From Octopus vulgaris (lineage: Eukaryota): DNA of 64,000 bases. Shown piece by piece: positions 29,166 through 43,298 of the stretch (within the stretch, counting starts at the first letter, position 1; every line of letters begins with the position of its first letter). Under the pieces are notes generated by a model that saw only the letters and a list, made by a program, of their open reading frames with translations, had not been told where the DNA came from and ran no database searches. Location of the stretch: the NCBI GenBank assembly GCA_951406725.2, contig OX597815.1, forward strand, positions 19,344,001 to 19,408,000. Reading direction: 5' to 3'. Position numbers and translations under genes: made by a program.

Positions 29166-29435
29166 AAGAAAGAAACCCAGATATTATATCGTGTTCAACG
29201 TGGTATTATGTGACTGCAATCTCTATATTTCAATGATGGTTGTTTCATGTCTGGATATATAACAGATAGATTGACAGCATATATATATATCTATCTACAA
29301 AACCTCTCAGACAAACCACTCTGAAAAACGTCAATCATATATGTGTGCGTATGGGCCTATTTCTGTGTGCACGTGAATGTATGTATGTGCTTGCAATATA
29401 TCGATATATCTTTCTATATAGATACACGCATGCAC

Positions 29436-29505
<70 letters not shown>

Positions 29506-29532
29506 ATATTAATTTATATTTATATTCTATAC

Positions 29533-29572
<40 letters not shown>

Positions 29573-29604
29573 TATATATATTTATTTATATTTATATTCT
29601 ATAC

Positions 29605-29636
<32 letters not shown>

Positions 29637-29651
29637 CATTTTTGTATAAAT

Positions 29652-30051
29652 CAGGAGTGGCTGTAGGAGGAGCTTGCTTACCAACCACATGGTTTGGGGT
29701 TCAGTCCCACTACGTAGGACCTTAGGCAAGTGTCTTCTACTATAGCCTCGGGCCGACCAAAGCCTTGTGAGTGGATTTGGTAGACGGAAACGGGAAGAGG
29801 CCCGTCGTATATATGTGAATATATATATGTGTGTGTGTCTGTGTTAGACCCCCCCCCAACATCGCTTGACAACCGATGCTAGTGTCTTTACGTCACTGTA
29901 ACTTAGCGGGTCGGCAAAAGACCCGATAGAATGAGTGCCAGGCTTACAAAGTTTAAATCCTCGGGTCGATTTGCTCGACTAAAAGGCGGTGCTCCAGCAT
30001 AGCAACAGTCAAATGACTGAAACAAGTAAAGGAGTGAAACAGTAAAGAGTA
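29652..30051 (+). mobile_element. SINE family B
   Basis: Colinear match to 5352-5776. Confidence 0.9.
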
Positions 30052-30078
30052 TACACACACACACACACATGCACATAT

Positions 30079-30200
30079 CTGAAGAAGAGCGTAGGCTCGA
30101 AACGTAAAAGACTTTTTCAATTCCTGAGCATTATACATCTGTTTGTTTTCTACACCACCTGTCTTCGTCTTTTTTTTTTTTTTTTCGTGAACTTTCCCTA
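30079..30200 (+). mobile_element. 5'-truncated PLE-type repeat beginning at a canonical hammerhead core
   Basis: CTGAAGA a gagc gtag gctc GAAA C GTA aaag (30079-30110); the 5' strand of helix I is lost by truncation; same family as 24268. Confidence 0.75.
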
Positions 30201-30739
30201 TATATATATATATATACGATAAAAACTTGTTTCTCGTTAATGTATACATGTAAGCGGAGTTGTACTCAGAATACTTAGGTAGAGGGATGTAATTTGTATT
30301 CAAACATGGTATCTTCACATGTATCTACTCAATGATCTTACAAAGTAGCCGTCTTAGTCTCGAGAAACTGAATATTCTCCAATCATCCTAAGAATACCGT
30401 ACTTCCCTGGCATTGCGTTGTCAATATTCTTACACTATGCTCATCTTTATAACGGTATTTCATGTTTATGGTATCTTCCATATGCGTGCCTCTGTGTGTG
30501 TGTGTGTGTGTGCGTGTGTGTGTGTGTGTGTGTGCCCAAGTCCTTTTTAGATCAGGCAAATGAGAAGTGATCAACGCCTGTTTTAGAGCATTAATTTTAT
30601 TTTTATTAATATTGTTACAATTCTGAACTGATGATCGTAATATCGTGAAACTCTGAGCAGTAGTCGCATGGCAAACTGAGTCTGTACGCGAGTGTCTGTT
30701 TCAGTTTCAATAGAAAAAGAACTATATGTATATACGCGA

Positions 30740-30801
<62 letters not shown>

Positions 30802-31451
30802 AAAATGAGCGAGCGAGAAGACACGTTAATCCACATACTGGAAAAAAAACAATACTTGAGAGAGAGAGGAGAAATAATACAAATATGCAACAATTTTTTA
30901 AATTGCAAGAGATTAAAAATATGAAAAAGAAAGTAGGCTTCATTTGATTGGTCGTAAGTATTTCTGAATTGGAAAGCTGGTGGCTAGAAAGAATGTTGAT
31001 TAACTTGTAATGAAACGAAGGTTTGAAACTGAAGCCAACTAGATGAATCATACTTGAGAGAAGATTTTCGACTAACGTATGGCTTTCATGATGAATTAGG
31101 TAACATTTCTATTGATTGTGTTTTCCTGAACTCTCTCACAAACCTAACATGACAAAGAACATGGAAACACTCTTTAATCAATATTCTGTTTGCTACCTTG
31201 ACGTGTGCGCCGCTACCTTTCCTTTACCATATATATATATTTTCATTAACACAACGTTTCATGCTTTGACTTTTTCGCTTTCATGTGGGATATCTCTCCC
31301 CTTCTCTTTTACCGCAATCCTCCGTTGCTATATCGTTCTTTCTCTCTCTCTCTCTCTCTCGTCTCTGATTCCTTTTCACCAATTCGCTGTCTCTTCTTCC
31401 ATCTTTGTGTGTGAATATGTGCGCGAGTATGTGTACCATTCTATCTATCAG

Positions 31452-31608
<157 letters not shown>

Positions 31609-31656
31609 GTCTCTCTGTCTGTCTGTCTATCAATATATCTATCTATTTATCTATCC

Positions 31657-31710
<54 letters not shown>

Positions 31711-32775
31711 ATTGCTGCCTGTCTGTCTGTGTCTCTGTCTGCCTTTCTGCCTGTCTGTCTGACTATTCATTAAACTCTATTTACCTTTCTCATATACACA
31801 CAAATATATATCCCTATTTATTTTATCTTTTTACTTCAGTTTGACTGCCTCTCCCCCTCTCTCTCTCTCTCTCACTCTCTCTCACTCTCTCTTTCACTTT
31901 CTCTATCTCACTCTCTCTTTGTTTCTTTCCTCCACCCCTCCTCTCTCTCTCTCTCTCTCTCTCTCGCTCTCTAATTTGCTTTCTTTGTCAATTATGCCTC
32001 TTGCTCTTTTCTTATTATATCGCCCCCCTCTCTCTTTCTCGCTTTACACATGTGGGCGTATGTATGAGTATGTGTTTCTGTGTGTCTGTGTGCGTGTGTC
32101 TGTGTCTGTCTGCCTGTCTGTCTGCAAAGAGAATACAGATGCAGTTGTGGAAGCATTTGCGTGTGTGTGTGTCTGTGTGTATCTATCTGTCTGTTTGTGC
32201 GTGTGTCTATGTGTGTCTATGTGTGTATGTGTGTGCGCAGCAGAGGAGGTGGAAGAGAAATAAGCAACAACAATACGCAGAACGATAAATTGGTATGGAG
32301 GAAGAGGAGGAGGAGTTAGGAAGAGAGAGAGAGAGACAGAAAGAGAGAGAGAGGGGGGAGACAGAGAGATAGAAAGACAGAAGGAGAGATGAAAAGAGAA
32401 TGAAAAACACAAAAGAATATCAGAACCGTGGTGAGTGTATGGAAGTGGAGGAGGAGGAGGAGAGGAAGGAGGAGGCGGAGGAGCAAGAGGAGAAGAAGCG
32501 TAGAGGAATGTGTTTAGGCAAGCTAACAACTGGATGGCTGGTGTAGGAGATGGCCGATCGATTGGGAGACGCGTCAGACATCAATACATGCAGCATTCCT
32601 TCCACACACACACACATGTAGTATACAGCTGCAGAACACCACAATATATACACACATGCAATGCACACTTATATAATGCACATAATTTGAATACAAATGT
32701 AGTTCATAGACGCCTTGTAGCCATCATCATGTGGTATAAGTATATGTGTATACCTATCTATCTATCTATCTATCC

Positions 32776-32825
<50 letters not shown>

Positions 32826-32846
32826 ATATATATATATATATATATA

Positions 32847-32913
<67 letters not shown>

Positions 32914-34387
32914 TGAGTCCCAGTTTACATCTGTGAAAAGGAAAAAAAGTAATTGGGGATAGTTACGCGTGCAGTCTTTCGTTATCTGTCTATCTAACTA
33001 TTCTATAAGGGTTAGCATGTGGCTGAATAACAACTGTAATATTTTAGAATCTATAGACGTGAACGTGTATACGCTCTTTAAATCTGCTAGATCTTCTAAC
33101 CAATCACACACACACAATCATTGGTAAAAAAAAAAAGAAGTAAAGAGAACGTCCTTTATTATTAAAAACCTAGATTTCGCCATTGCTTTCTTAATAGTAT
33201 CACAGCCTCCTCCTCGCGGCGGGTAAAAGCAATGCACTGGGCTCCTATGTTCATTGACAGCGAGCAACAACATGCATCGATTAGCACTGGAAGTGTAGTC
33301 TTTTAACTAGGGGCCAAATGAGAACGTATCAAAATTTGAATTTGAGGGGGTTCCTAGTCACTAATACAAACTAGGAACCTTCAACACACTGTTCTTGTCA
33401 TAAGCATACACTGGATGTAGCATATATCAAAAAGATATAGAATGGTCCTGATTGAAATATCTGTAATAATTAGTCTTGATAATTTTATCAGAGCTAAACT
33501 GGGACGAAGCAGTATCAGTAACAACTCTTATACATGTGTTACAAAAAATGGCCCTTTCCCGGCATATAAAAGTCCATGGGGCTACTTCTTACTCACTTTA
33601 GGCTTCAAAGGCTTGAAGCAGGTGTGTGATAATACCTGGCGTTGATTTTCATTGTATATCATTTTGAACTTCCATTCAAAGAATTACTGGTTCAAGTGCA
33701 CACTATTGCTATTGCAATAACCACGAGAATGAAGTATATGTTGTTGCTCAGCCCTAATCCAACACACCCTTGATTAAAATCATTCCATATATTACCAACC
33801 CGTGTTTTACCGTTTATATGAGAGACTATATTACTAATATCTGCTCTTTTTCTAAGATGATACCGTGCCTATTTTAAAGTATTTTCTCTGCTAATTCTAA
33901 CAGTGAATACTTCATCGTTGATATGCCACAATTCTATGCCTATCCGTACTCATGGTTATTGATTGTCAAAAGTAGTGCTGTGTTCAGAATTTGAACTACC
34001 AACCTCTAGGTATATATTTCGCGGCTAGATCATTCACCCCCACCAACAACTAATATACACCCAAAACAATTCTATACATTATTTACCACAACGTTTTTCA
34101 ACCTTTCATTCATGGTTATGTATGGTGCGATTATACACATATACACACATACAGGCATGTACACATACATATACACATATATACCATATATATTATATAT
34201 GTATATATACATATGAAATATGTATATACATATATATTATATGTATATATACAAATATATACTAATGCACATACACACACATTTACATTCTGTCAAAACA
34301 GCAGACTAACAGTATTACTTAGATTAGTAAAGAACTCCACGTATTCTTGTGGTAAGGTCCGAGGTTATAGTTGATCACCGTTTTATG

Positions 34388-34436
<49 letters not shown>

Positions 34437-34437
<1 letters not shown>

Positions 34438-34597
34438 TTTATTTAAAGCAGCAGAAAATTCAACGAAATCTGTTACTCTGAGTTTTTCTAACAGATTTTG
34501 TTGAATTTTCTGCTGCTTTAAATAAAGCATATTACTCTACCACTGGTATTTGAGTACTCTTTTTTTCCACTTTGTTTCACATTTATGTGTTTACTCC

Positions 34598-34600
<3 letters not shown>
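34437..34600. mobile_element. inverted (hairpin) insertion of the CCGACGA hammerhead repeat family in (TA)n
   Basis: Arms 34437-34475 and 34489-34527 are 39-bp near-perfect inverted repeats; sequence matches 54743-54791. Confidence 0.8.
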
Positions 34601-34656
<56 letters not shown>

Positions 34657-34712
34657 ATGTATGGATGTATGTATGGATGTATGGAAGTATGTATGTATGC
34701 ATGCATGCATAC

Positions 34713-34743
<31 letters not shown>

Positions 34744-35467
34744 TGTATGTATGTATGTATGTATGTATGTATGTATGTATGATGGCTGTTTCGTTAAGAT
34801 GTTTGCTCTGCAAATTGTATCACGGAATGAAAACTTGGGTAAGAGCCATCTACTAGAGTTCCTAACCACCCATACTTTGTGAGTGGAGGTAATCGACGAA
34901 AACAAGGGTAGCTCGTTGCATGTGTGTGTGTATGCGTGTGTGTGTGTATGTGTATTTGTGTGTGTGTGTGTGTATTCATCTCTTACCGCTTTAGGTAACG
35001 GTCTATTTTTCTTCACCCAACTTAGCGTTAAGGCAGAGATTGCGATGGAATAAGTCACAGACTTAAAAATAAGTAAGTGTTAGCGTAAGAATTTATTGAC
35101 TAAAACCCTCCAAGGCAATGCCCCAAGCATGACTGCAAAGCATGAGTGAGAGAAGAAAAAAAGAATAATGGAATATGCATGCGAGCGTGCATGTGTGCAT
35201 GTATGTGTGTTCGTGTCTTGGCGTGTTGGTGTGTTCGTGTGAGTTTGCGTGTGTGTCTATGCGTCTATCTCTCTCCAACACTCTCTCGCTCATACAACAC
35301 AGTCCAGTGCTCACGTTAAGTCTTCGTGCTACGCCTCATCATCGGTTTCCCCTCTCTCTATTTATCTCCCTTCCCACCACACATCTACCATTGTTTCTCT
35401 CACATATATATACCACCATTGTTTACTCAGAAATATATAGAGTAATATATATATACATATATGTATA

Positions 35468-35509
<42 letters not shown>

Positions 35510-35541
35510 CACGCATATATATATATAGTATATAGAATAAA

Positions 35542-35573
<32 letters not shown>

Positions 35574-35626
35574 AGTATATATATATGTATGTATGTATAT
35601 ATGTATACATATATATATATACATAT

Positions 35627-35680
<54 letters not shown>

Positions 35681-35710
35681 ATATGTATATATATATATAT
35701 GTATATTTTC

Positions 35711-35743
<33 letters not shown>

Positions 35744-36303
35744 CAATGCATGCTTCAAATAGTTTCAAACGAGATTTTATACGAAATCTTCTTCCATAAC
35801 CAAACCTTATAACCAAACAATAGATTTAAATAACAACAACAACAACAGTAGCATAACAAGGAACAACAACAACAACAACAACAAAAACAGCAGCAGCACC
35901 AGAAGCAGAAGCAGAGTAACAACAACAGTTGCAATAATAATAATCATAGCAGCAGCAACAACAACAACCGAGAACAAATTCGAAGAAGAACCATTAAAAA
36001 CAAGATGTAAAATATAAAAAGATGAAGTAGAACTGGAAAATGATTTTCTGTAAACTCAGCTATACAATAGTAGCAACTTGTTATACCACAGACGCATACA
36101 CTCACCCATATATACACACACACACATACGTACATGTGTATGTGCATATTTACAACTATGTGTACATACATGTGTACACATGCAAACATACATTTACACA
36201 CAATTATATATGTATATATACATATATGTTTATTTATACATACACACATACACATATTGATATGTGCATATATGTACAGACACACTCACACAATACATAT
36301 ATC

Positions 36304-36405
<102 letters not shown>

Positions 36406-36502
36406 TAGATGCATATATATGCATACATATATATAGATGGTATATATATACATCTATATATATATATATATATATATACATACATCTATATATATATGCA
36501 TC

Positions 36503-36561
<59 letters not shown>

Positions 36562-37644
36562 CATATATATATAAACACACATTTATATATACACGCATCG
36601 TTATCTGTTGATCAATCACTCTATATCATATTTTCTTTCTACGCAATCAGACATGAAAATTTAATCAGAGATGCATACGTACACATCCGAAATCATCTTC
36701 GCTGTCATTTGAAGAATTAGTCAACCATTTCACAGAACAGGCAACTGCCATATTTGCTGTTGGTTTTCTTATATATTTATTTATATATGGGTAGAGGCCA
36801 TCTCATCTATTCATTTTTACTTTTGTTTTAAGCTTTTGTTTTTTGCCTTTTGCATTTCTTTCTCAAAATTTTCAAAACCACGATCTTTGAACGTAACCTA
36901 ATTCACTTTACATTCTTTCTTTACATTCTTCTTTACATTCTTCTTCGTCTTCTCCTCCTTGGATTACATACAAACATGCATACACATGGAAACGCACATA
37001 TCCGCACTCCGCTCGCATAAACACACACACACGCCACTCGTCGGTTACAGTTGGTGTCGATGAAGTAGCATTTGCAGGCAGAATAAAACTGCCACATGAG
37101 TGATTGAAAGCAAAAAGAAACAAAAAAAAAAAAAAAAATACGAATAGGAAACGGTTCCATATAGATTAAGCAATATGTTGGCATAGAGCAAATATTAGCA
37201 TCACTATCACCCTCTTACCCCTTTCTCTTTTTCTCATTGTCCCTCTCTCCTTCGTTCGCTCGCTCTCTCCTTTGTAACGTATTGTTCTGTTTCAATGTAT
37301 TCAAGAGAAATCGAAAGAAAACAATTTTACAGAATCGTCGGTAACTGAATTACATGGTGCAGGGGAGATAATTCGGGAGAAAAGTTCGTTTAATGTCGAT
37401 TCTATCTGCATTATTTACGCTCTTCTATATTTCATCTGCCAATCATTTCTTTTCCCTTGAAACTGTGGGTCTTTTATTTTATGGAAGAATTGGTAGATTT
37501 AGCGTTCAAAATGTGTTCGAGATTGTAATTCTGTCTCACAATGCTCCGAGTTCAATTCCTGGCAAGGTGATATTCATCTATGTCTGTCTGTTCTTTATAG
37601 TAATCATCATCGTCGTCGTCATCGTAATCATCGCTGGCGCCATA

Positions 37645-38003
37645 ACCGTTACGTTTCTCAGTACAAATGCCGCCGAGGTCGACTTCGCCTTTCATCCTTT
37701 CGGAGTCGATTAAATAAAGTAGCAGTTACGCACTGGGGTCGATGTAATCGACTTAATACCTTTGTCTGTCCTTGTTTGTCCCCTCTATGTTTAGCCCCTT
37801 GTAGGTAGTAAAGAAATAGGTATTTCGTCTGCCGTTACTTTCTGAGTACAAATTCCGCCGAGGTCGACTTTGCCTTTCATCCTTTCGGAGTCGATTAAAT
37901 AAAGTACCAGTTACGCACTGGGGTCGATGTAATCGACTTAATCCTTTTGACTGTCTTTGTTTGCCCCTTCTATGTTTAGCCCCTTGTGGGTAGTAAAGAA
38001 ATA
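37645..38003 (+). mobile_element. 5'-truncated family A SINE with two units
   Basis: Two copies of aaat(t/g)ccgccgaggtcgactt..gcctttcatcctttcggagtcgattaaat...gccccttgtgggtagtaaagaaata. Confidence 0.9.
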
Positions 38004-38494
38004 TAATCATCCACAAAAGGCCGCCTGTATTTATATGTGATAACGAATTGAGTCGTAGGGGGGAAAAGATGTATTCTAACGGCGCTTAATGAAAATGACG
38101 TGTTTGTGTGAATCAGTGTGTGCGAGTGTGTGTGTGTGTGTCTGTCTGACTGTCTGTCTGTTTGACTGTCTGACTGTCTGTCTGCCTGTCTATCTGTCTG
38201 TCTGTGTGTATGTGTGTGTGCCTCTTTATATGCAAACGACTGTATACCTCCATTTAAGTGTCCGCATGTGCGTGTGTGTGTGCGTGCGTGTGTGGGTTTT
38301 ATTCACTGGTGATCTAAGTGAATAGATACGCTGTGTAAGGGCTATGATTGGGAAACCGTAGTAGGGTTCCCCGTTTGTATGTATATATTAGAGGACAACA
38401 AAAACCAACGCAAGGCAGTGACTCAAGTCCTTTCGAATATTTAAATAGAGTAAGGTGAACTTGAGGTAATTAATTAATTAATTGATTATTTGAT

Positions 38495-38570
38495 ACCTTA
38501 CAGGTGTTTCTGGGATATATTAAGTGATAGATTAGAATCTCCATACACTGGACAGTCCGTGATCAGAGAC
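38495..38570 (-). ncRNA. decayed minimal hammerhead motif with long helix II
   Basis: Minus strand gtct CTGATCA cgga...atatatccca GAAAC ACCTG TA aggt; shares atcccaGAAACa with the 6657 motif; G8 changed to C without compensation. Confidence 0.45.
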
Positions 38571-38675
38571 AAGGTGAGTATGTATGAAAATTCCAGACAG
38601 GGAATTCACATATGTGGATGAATGTATATAGAGAGAGATAATGCACAAATATTTGTGAGCATTAGAGTGGTGTGT

Positions 38676-38738
<63 letters not shown>

Positions 38739-38810
38739 CGTGTGTATGTCTGTGTGTGCCTCTCTGTTGCTTTCAAATTTATTTCCAATCTCGTGTAGAG
38801 GGTCACGACA

Positions 38811-39217
38811 TCTTTTATTCATTCGCTTGTTTCAGTCCTTAGCACTGCGGCCATACTGGGGCATCGCATTGAAGAATTTTAGTCGAATGAATAGATACCA
38901 GTGATTTTATTTATTATTATTATTTTTTTTTTTTAAAGTCTGGTACTTATTCTATATCGCCCCTTTTTCCCGAACTGCTAAGTTATTGCGACCTAAACAC
39001 ACCAGCCTCGTTTGCCAAGCGGTGGCTAGGGGACAAAGACAAAAACACGAGAACAAACACACACATATATATAAAGATAATGTATATATAAAGATAATTG
39101 AGGGCTTCTTTCAGTTTCCATCCTCCAGATCCAGTGATTAGACTTTGGTTAGCCTGAGCCTGTAGAAGACACTTGCCCAAGGGACTACGCAGCGTGAGTG
39201 AACTCTGAACCATGTGG
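38811..39217 (-). mobile_element. SINE family B, diverged
   Basis: cttgtttcagtc...ccgaactgctaagtta...gggcttctttcagtttcc...gtagaagacacttgcccaagg. Confidence 0.85.
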
Positions 39218-39294
39218 AATCAAACTCCTGACTGGGTTCTCCTGTTTGTATGGCATGGTGCTTCCAGGACGAATGCCAAGCAGTACAACATGTC

Positions 39295-39553
39295 ACAGTT
39301 CTATATTTAAATGATAACGAATTATGTACATTATTTACATTCAACGGATATCTTTCCTCATCTTGTTTGTTGTTAACACAACGTTTCGACTGATATACCC
39401 TCCAGCCTTCTTCAGCTCTCTTGGGGAAATTTCGATCCTGGGTTCTCATTCCAAGTTATTTGTCAACATTATTATTATTATTGTTGTTGTTGTTTTTGTT
39501 GTTCGAATTTGGAATCTTGGGGTTGGTAGCCCGTGCTCTTAACAACTACGCCA
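39295..39553 (-). mobile_element. tRNA-headed SINE-like element with (AAC/AAT)n linker and hammerhead-bearing tail
   Basis: Minus strand: head tggcgtagttgttaagagcacggg-ctaccaa-ccc, then (aac)n(aat)n, then CTGAAGA a ggctg..cagtc GAAA C GTT gtgtt (39375-39420). Confidence 0.7.
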
Positions 39554-39562
39554 CTGGCAAAC

Positions 39563-39657
39563 GACGTAGTGGTTAAGAGCGCGGGCTACCGACCTCAAGA
39601 TTCCAAATTCGATTCAAGGCAGTGACCTGAACAACAACAACAACAATAATAATAATG

Positions 39658-39697
<40 letters not shown>

Positions 39698-39728
39698 TAA
39701 TAATAATAATAATAATAATAATAATGTT
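39563..39728 (+). mobile_element. inverted partial copy of the same element (tRNA-like head plus (AAT)n)
   Basis: gacgtagtggttaagagcgcgggctaccgacctcaagattccaaattcga is the reverse complement of 39504-39552 with few mismatches. Confidence 0.8.
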
Positions 39729-40147
39729 ACGAAGATAGGTAAAAGATATTTCTCATGATATGATTTACTCGTCACATTCAGTTGAATTAGTTCATTACTT
39801 ACTAATTACGTATTCTAAAGTAATTATCGGGATGGTGAGTATGTTTCTTTTCATCTACGTCATCGAAACAACTGTAGAAACACTTGGGAAAATTACATCG
39901 GTGGCTTCTGTCATCTAATCTTCCAAATAACCCACCCTAAGCAATTGTTTTAGCATATTTTAGATCTATGGAATACCTAACCATATAGATTTTAATTGCA
40001 CGGGAAAGGATTGAGCATATAAAATCCGTGATTCATAACAGGAGAGTTTTAAAATCTATATCAGGCTTTCTATCTATCTATTTACATGTGTGTGTGCGTG
40101 CGTGCATGTAAGCATGTATGTATGTATGTATGTATGTATGTATGTAT

Positions 40148-40364
40148 GTCATTCAATATTTGACCGCGTGTGTATCGTTGACGATTTTTTCCTCCGTTTT
40201 CCCTTCCTTGGATCTTTCCTTTTCTATGTTTCTGACGAAGAGCTCCGCTCGAAACGTTAAATCTTTATTCTTTCATTCCTTTACTAAACGTCCAATAACA
40301 CTATACTTGTTCCACGTCCTCGTGTTGTTGTGTTTTCTCTTTATGTTTTCATGTTTGGGTTAAC
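40148..40364 (+). mobile_element. PLE-type short repeat containing an intact-looking minimal hammerhead
   Basis: Starts in (TATG)n and contains the motif at 40228-40262; boundaries approximate. Confidence 0.6.
40228..40262 (+). ncRNA. minimal type I hammerhead ribozyme
   Basis: gttt CTGACGA a gagc tcc gctc GAAA C GTT aaat: canonical core, 4-bp helix II, palindromic ACGT helix III, GUU triplet, 4-bp helix I. Confidence 0.75.
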
Positions 40365-40679
40365 TTCTGGAAAGTTTTACAAATTTTTACCGTTCCAATA
40401 ATGGATTGGATCTGTTATCTTCGAATCAGCTTTCTGAGTACATTTCTTCTAATATATATATATATATATAACGTTATATGATGGAGGACTTCTTAGGCTA
40501 TAAATTTATTGATTTTTAAAAGGCAAAGTTCGAGTGTGACTCCGAATTTTTGGCGTACCAGACTTCGTATGTGACGAAGTTATATGTCTAATGGTTCCTT
40601 TCTTATATATTATTTGTTTAGCAATGAATGTTTTCTTGCGTACATTGTATCATGGGCACACAGACAGACATATAGAAAG

Positions 40680-40736
<57 letters not shown>

Positions 40737-40741
40737 AATAG

Positions 40742-40844
<103 letters not shown>

Positions 40845-41424
40845 CAGATAGACAGACAGAGAGATAACCGGGAGTCCATGTGTGTTTGTGTATGTGTGTC
40901 TTCGCATATGAGTGGCTGTGTGCATCGGGTGTACAATCATATCAGACATAATTATTCTCTTTTCTCAGTATTAGTTGAAGATGAGTGAAAACAACGTACT
41001 AAAACATTGGCAGGGCAATAAAAGCAATTTCCTGCCAGTTAAAAAAGCCACAACGAATGATTAGATGAAACAGAGAGCAACGACTGTGCTACATCCATAG
41101 CGTACTTTATATAGAATCTAATGTGTAATAGAGTGGTATATTTTGTAAGCGGGGATGCCTTGGCTTATTTATATACACCGGGAAGTAAGCACTGATGTTC
41201 ATTCAGATTCTCGTTGATGTGGTATGCTTAACTATCATCGGTGTTTCGCTGGCAGTAGGATCTAATATAGCTGTCTTTACGCACCGTAGTTTATTCTTTC
41301 CATCCAGATGGCTAGTAAGAGGGACATGGCACCGGCTAGGTAAATATTCCAAATAGATAGTAATGCATGTATCACGAATGTACGAATATATGGCACCTGC
41401 AATTATACATACATGCATATGAAA

Positions 41425-41460
<36 letters not shown>

Positions 41461-41474
41461 TATATATGCGTGTG

Positions 41475-41505
<31 letters not shown>

Positions 41506-41553
41506 GCATATGTAATATATATATATATATGCATATTAATATATATATGTATG

Positions 41554-41585
<32 letters not shown>

Positions 41586-41625
41586 CACATATATATATGC
41601 ATAAGTAATATATATATGTATATAA

Positions 41626-41674
<49 letters not shown>

Positions 41675-41801
41675 CATATATATATGTGTGTGTGTATGTA
41701 TGTATCTATGGATGGATGTATATGTATATGTGTGTGTGTATGTGTGTAGATAGATAAGTAGATAGATATACAAAATACATATGGGTGTGTGTGTGAATGT
41801 A

Positions 41802-41859
<58 letters not shown>

Positions 41860-42273
41860 CAGATTAGATGACTGTGGTAGATAGCTGGTAGATAGACATA
41901 CAGATAGACAAAAAGTTGAATTCATATACAACTGGCAGCACATAATTATATATACGAAATGTTTCTTTTGTATACGCGTCGATACACGTCTGCCTACGCG
42001 TGTGCATGAGAGGTTGTATTTGTGTGTGTGTATGTTGTTGTGCAAAGAATAACCCCATACAAACATTTTGCTTTGTGTGAGGTGTTACAAAACCGTAGCT
42101 TCGTAAAATTTTATTTGGCCTCCGTACTGTTATCCAAAGAAGAGTAATAAAATAACAAAAAAATTTGAAATGTCGTTTCTTTCTTTTGGTTCGTTTTTTT
42201 TTGTATATATATATTTCCGATCATTTGCAGATATACTGAACTTTAAGCCAAATGATGTGTTCTATAATATATA

Positions 42274-42795
42274 CCGTAAATCCTCGAGTATAGTCCGCCC
42301 TTGAATATAATACACAGGCGATTTTTGGGGGGCTGTACCTCTGAAAAACCTAAACCGTGTGTATAATACGCACCCCTTCTCTAACTTGAGTCAAGGAGGT
42401 CTATATAACGTCCTTGGTTTGTAAAGATGTATACGGTAACCTCCTTTATTATTATTGTATATATAACATAATGCGAACGTGTAGTTTTTTTGTGCATTTT
42501 GTATGCAGAAAATAAAGAAATAGCAGTAATAACAGTAATAACGTTTAATAAATGTTGCTTACTGCATGTTATGGATGGTTCTTTTATGACTTCATGCTTT
42601 CGGGCTTAGCTTAAGGTATTTTCGTGCCCGACATCATAAAATGTGACTGAATAAACATTGCCGGACAGCAAATAGAGACTCGGACATTGCTTGGAAAATA
42701 ATTTTCATTTTTAACCTCGTATATAGTACGCACTAGGGATTTTGAGCTTTAAATTTTGGGGAATAAAATGCGGATTATAAATCGAGGATTTACGG
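42274..42795. mobile_element. non-autonomous Tc1/mariner-superfamily (Tc2-like) MITE, 522 bp
   Basis: TIR ccgtaaatcctcga...tata.tccgc at both ends; TA flanks at 42272-73 and 42796-97; no ORF. Confidence 0.9.
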
Positions 42796-43143
42796 TACAT
42801 ATTTGTTTTGTATGTCATTCTCGCTGTCACCGATGTATTTTATAGTTGAACAAACTTGATTGAACCGAATCATGGTCGAAGAAGATCCCTCGTCTTTTCC
42901 CAGACATATGCCCCCATACCCCATCATGTAATGTTTACCAACCCGTAGGTTGTGATCTCAGGTGTATGTCGATGAATTTTGGCAAGACAAGTGACTAGAG
43001 AGAGAAAATGTCGACTGCATATATATGTATTGTATGTATATAAACTCTGTATCCATTTCTGGCGGGCCTGTATATATATACATACATACATATATATACG
43101 TATACCTTCCTACATATATATAGTTTCAATGCATGTTAAATTA

Positions 43144-43197
<54 letters not shown>

Positions 43198-43263
43198 CAT
43201 ACATACATACATACATACATACATACATACATACATACATACATACATACATACATACATACA

Positions 43264-43298
<35 letters not shown>

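Noticed and set aside
38504-38573. Apparent 70-nt exon (ttacag|...aag|gtgagt, open frame CFWDILSDRLESPYTGQSVIRDK)
   Set aside because: It overlaps the antisense of a decayed hammerhead repeat also seen at 6657, and the polypyrimidine tract is weak. Exonisation is not excluded without RNA-seq.
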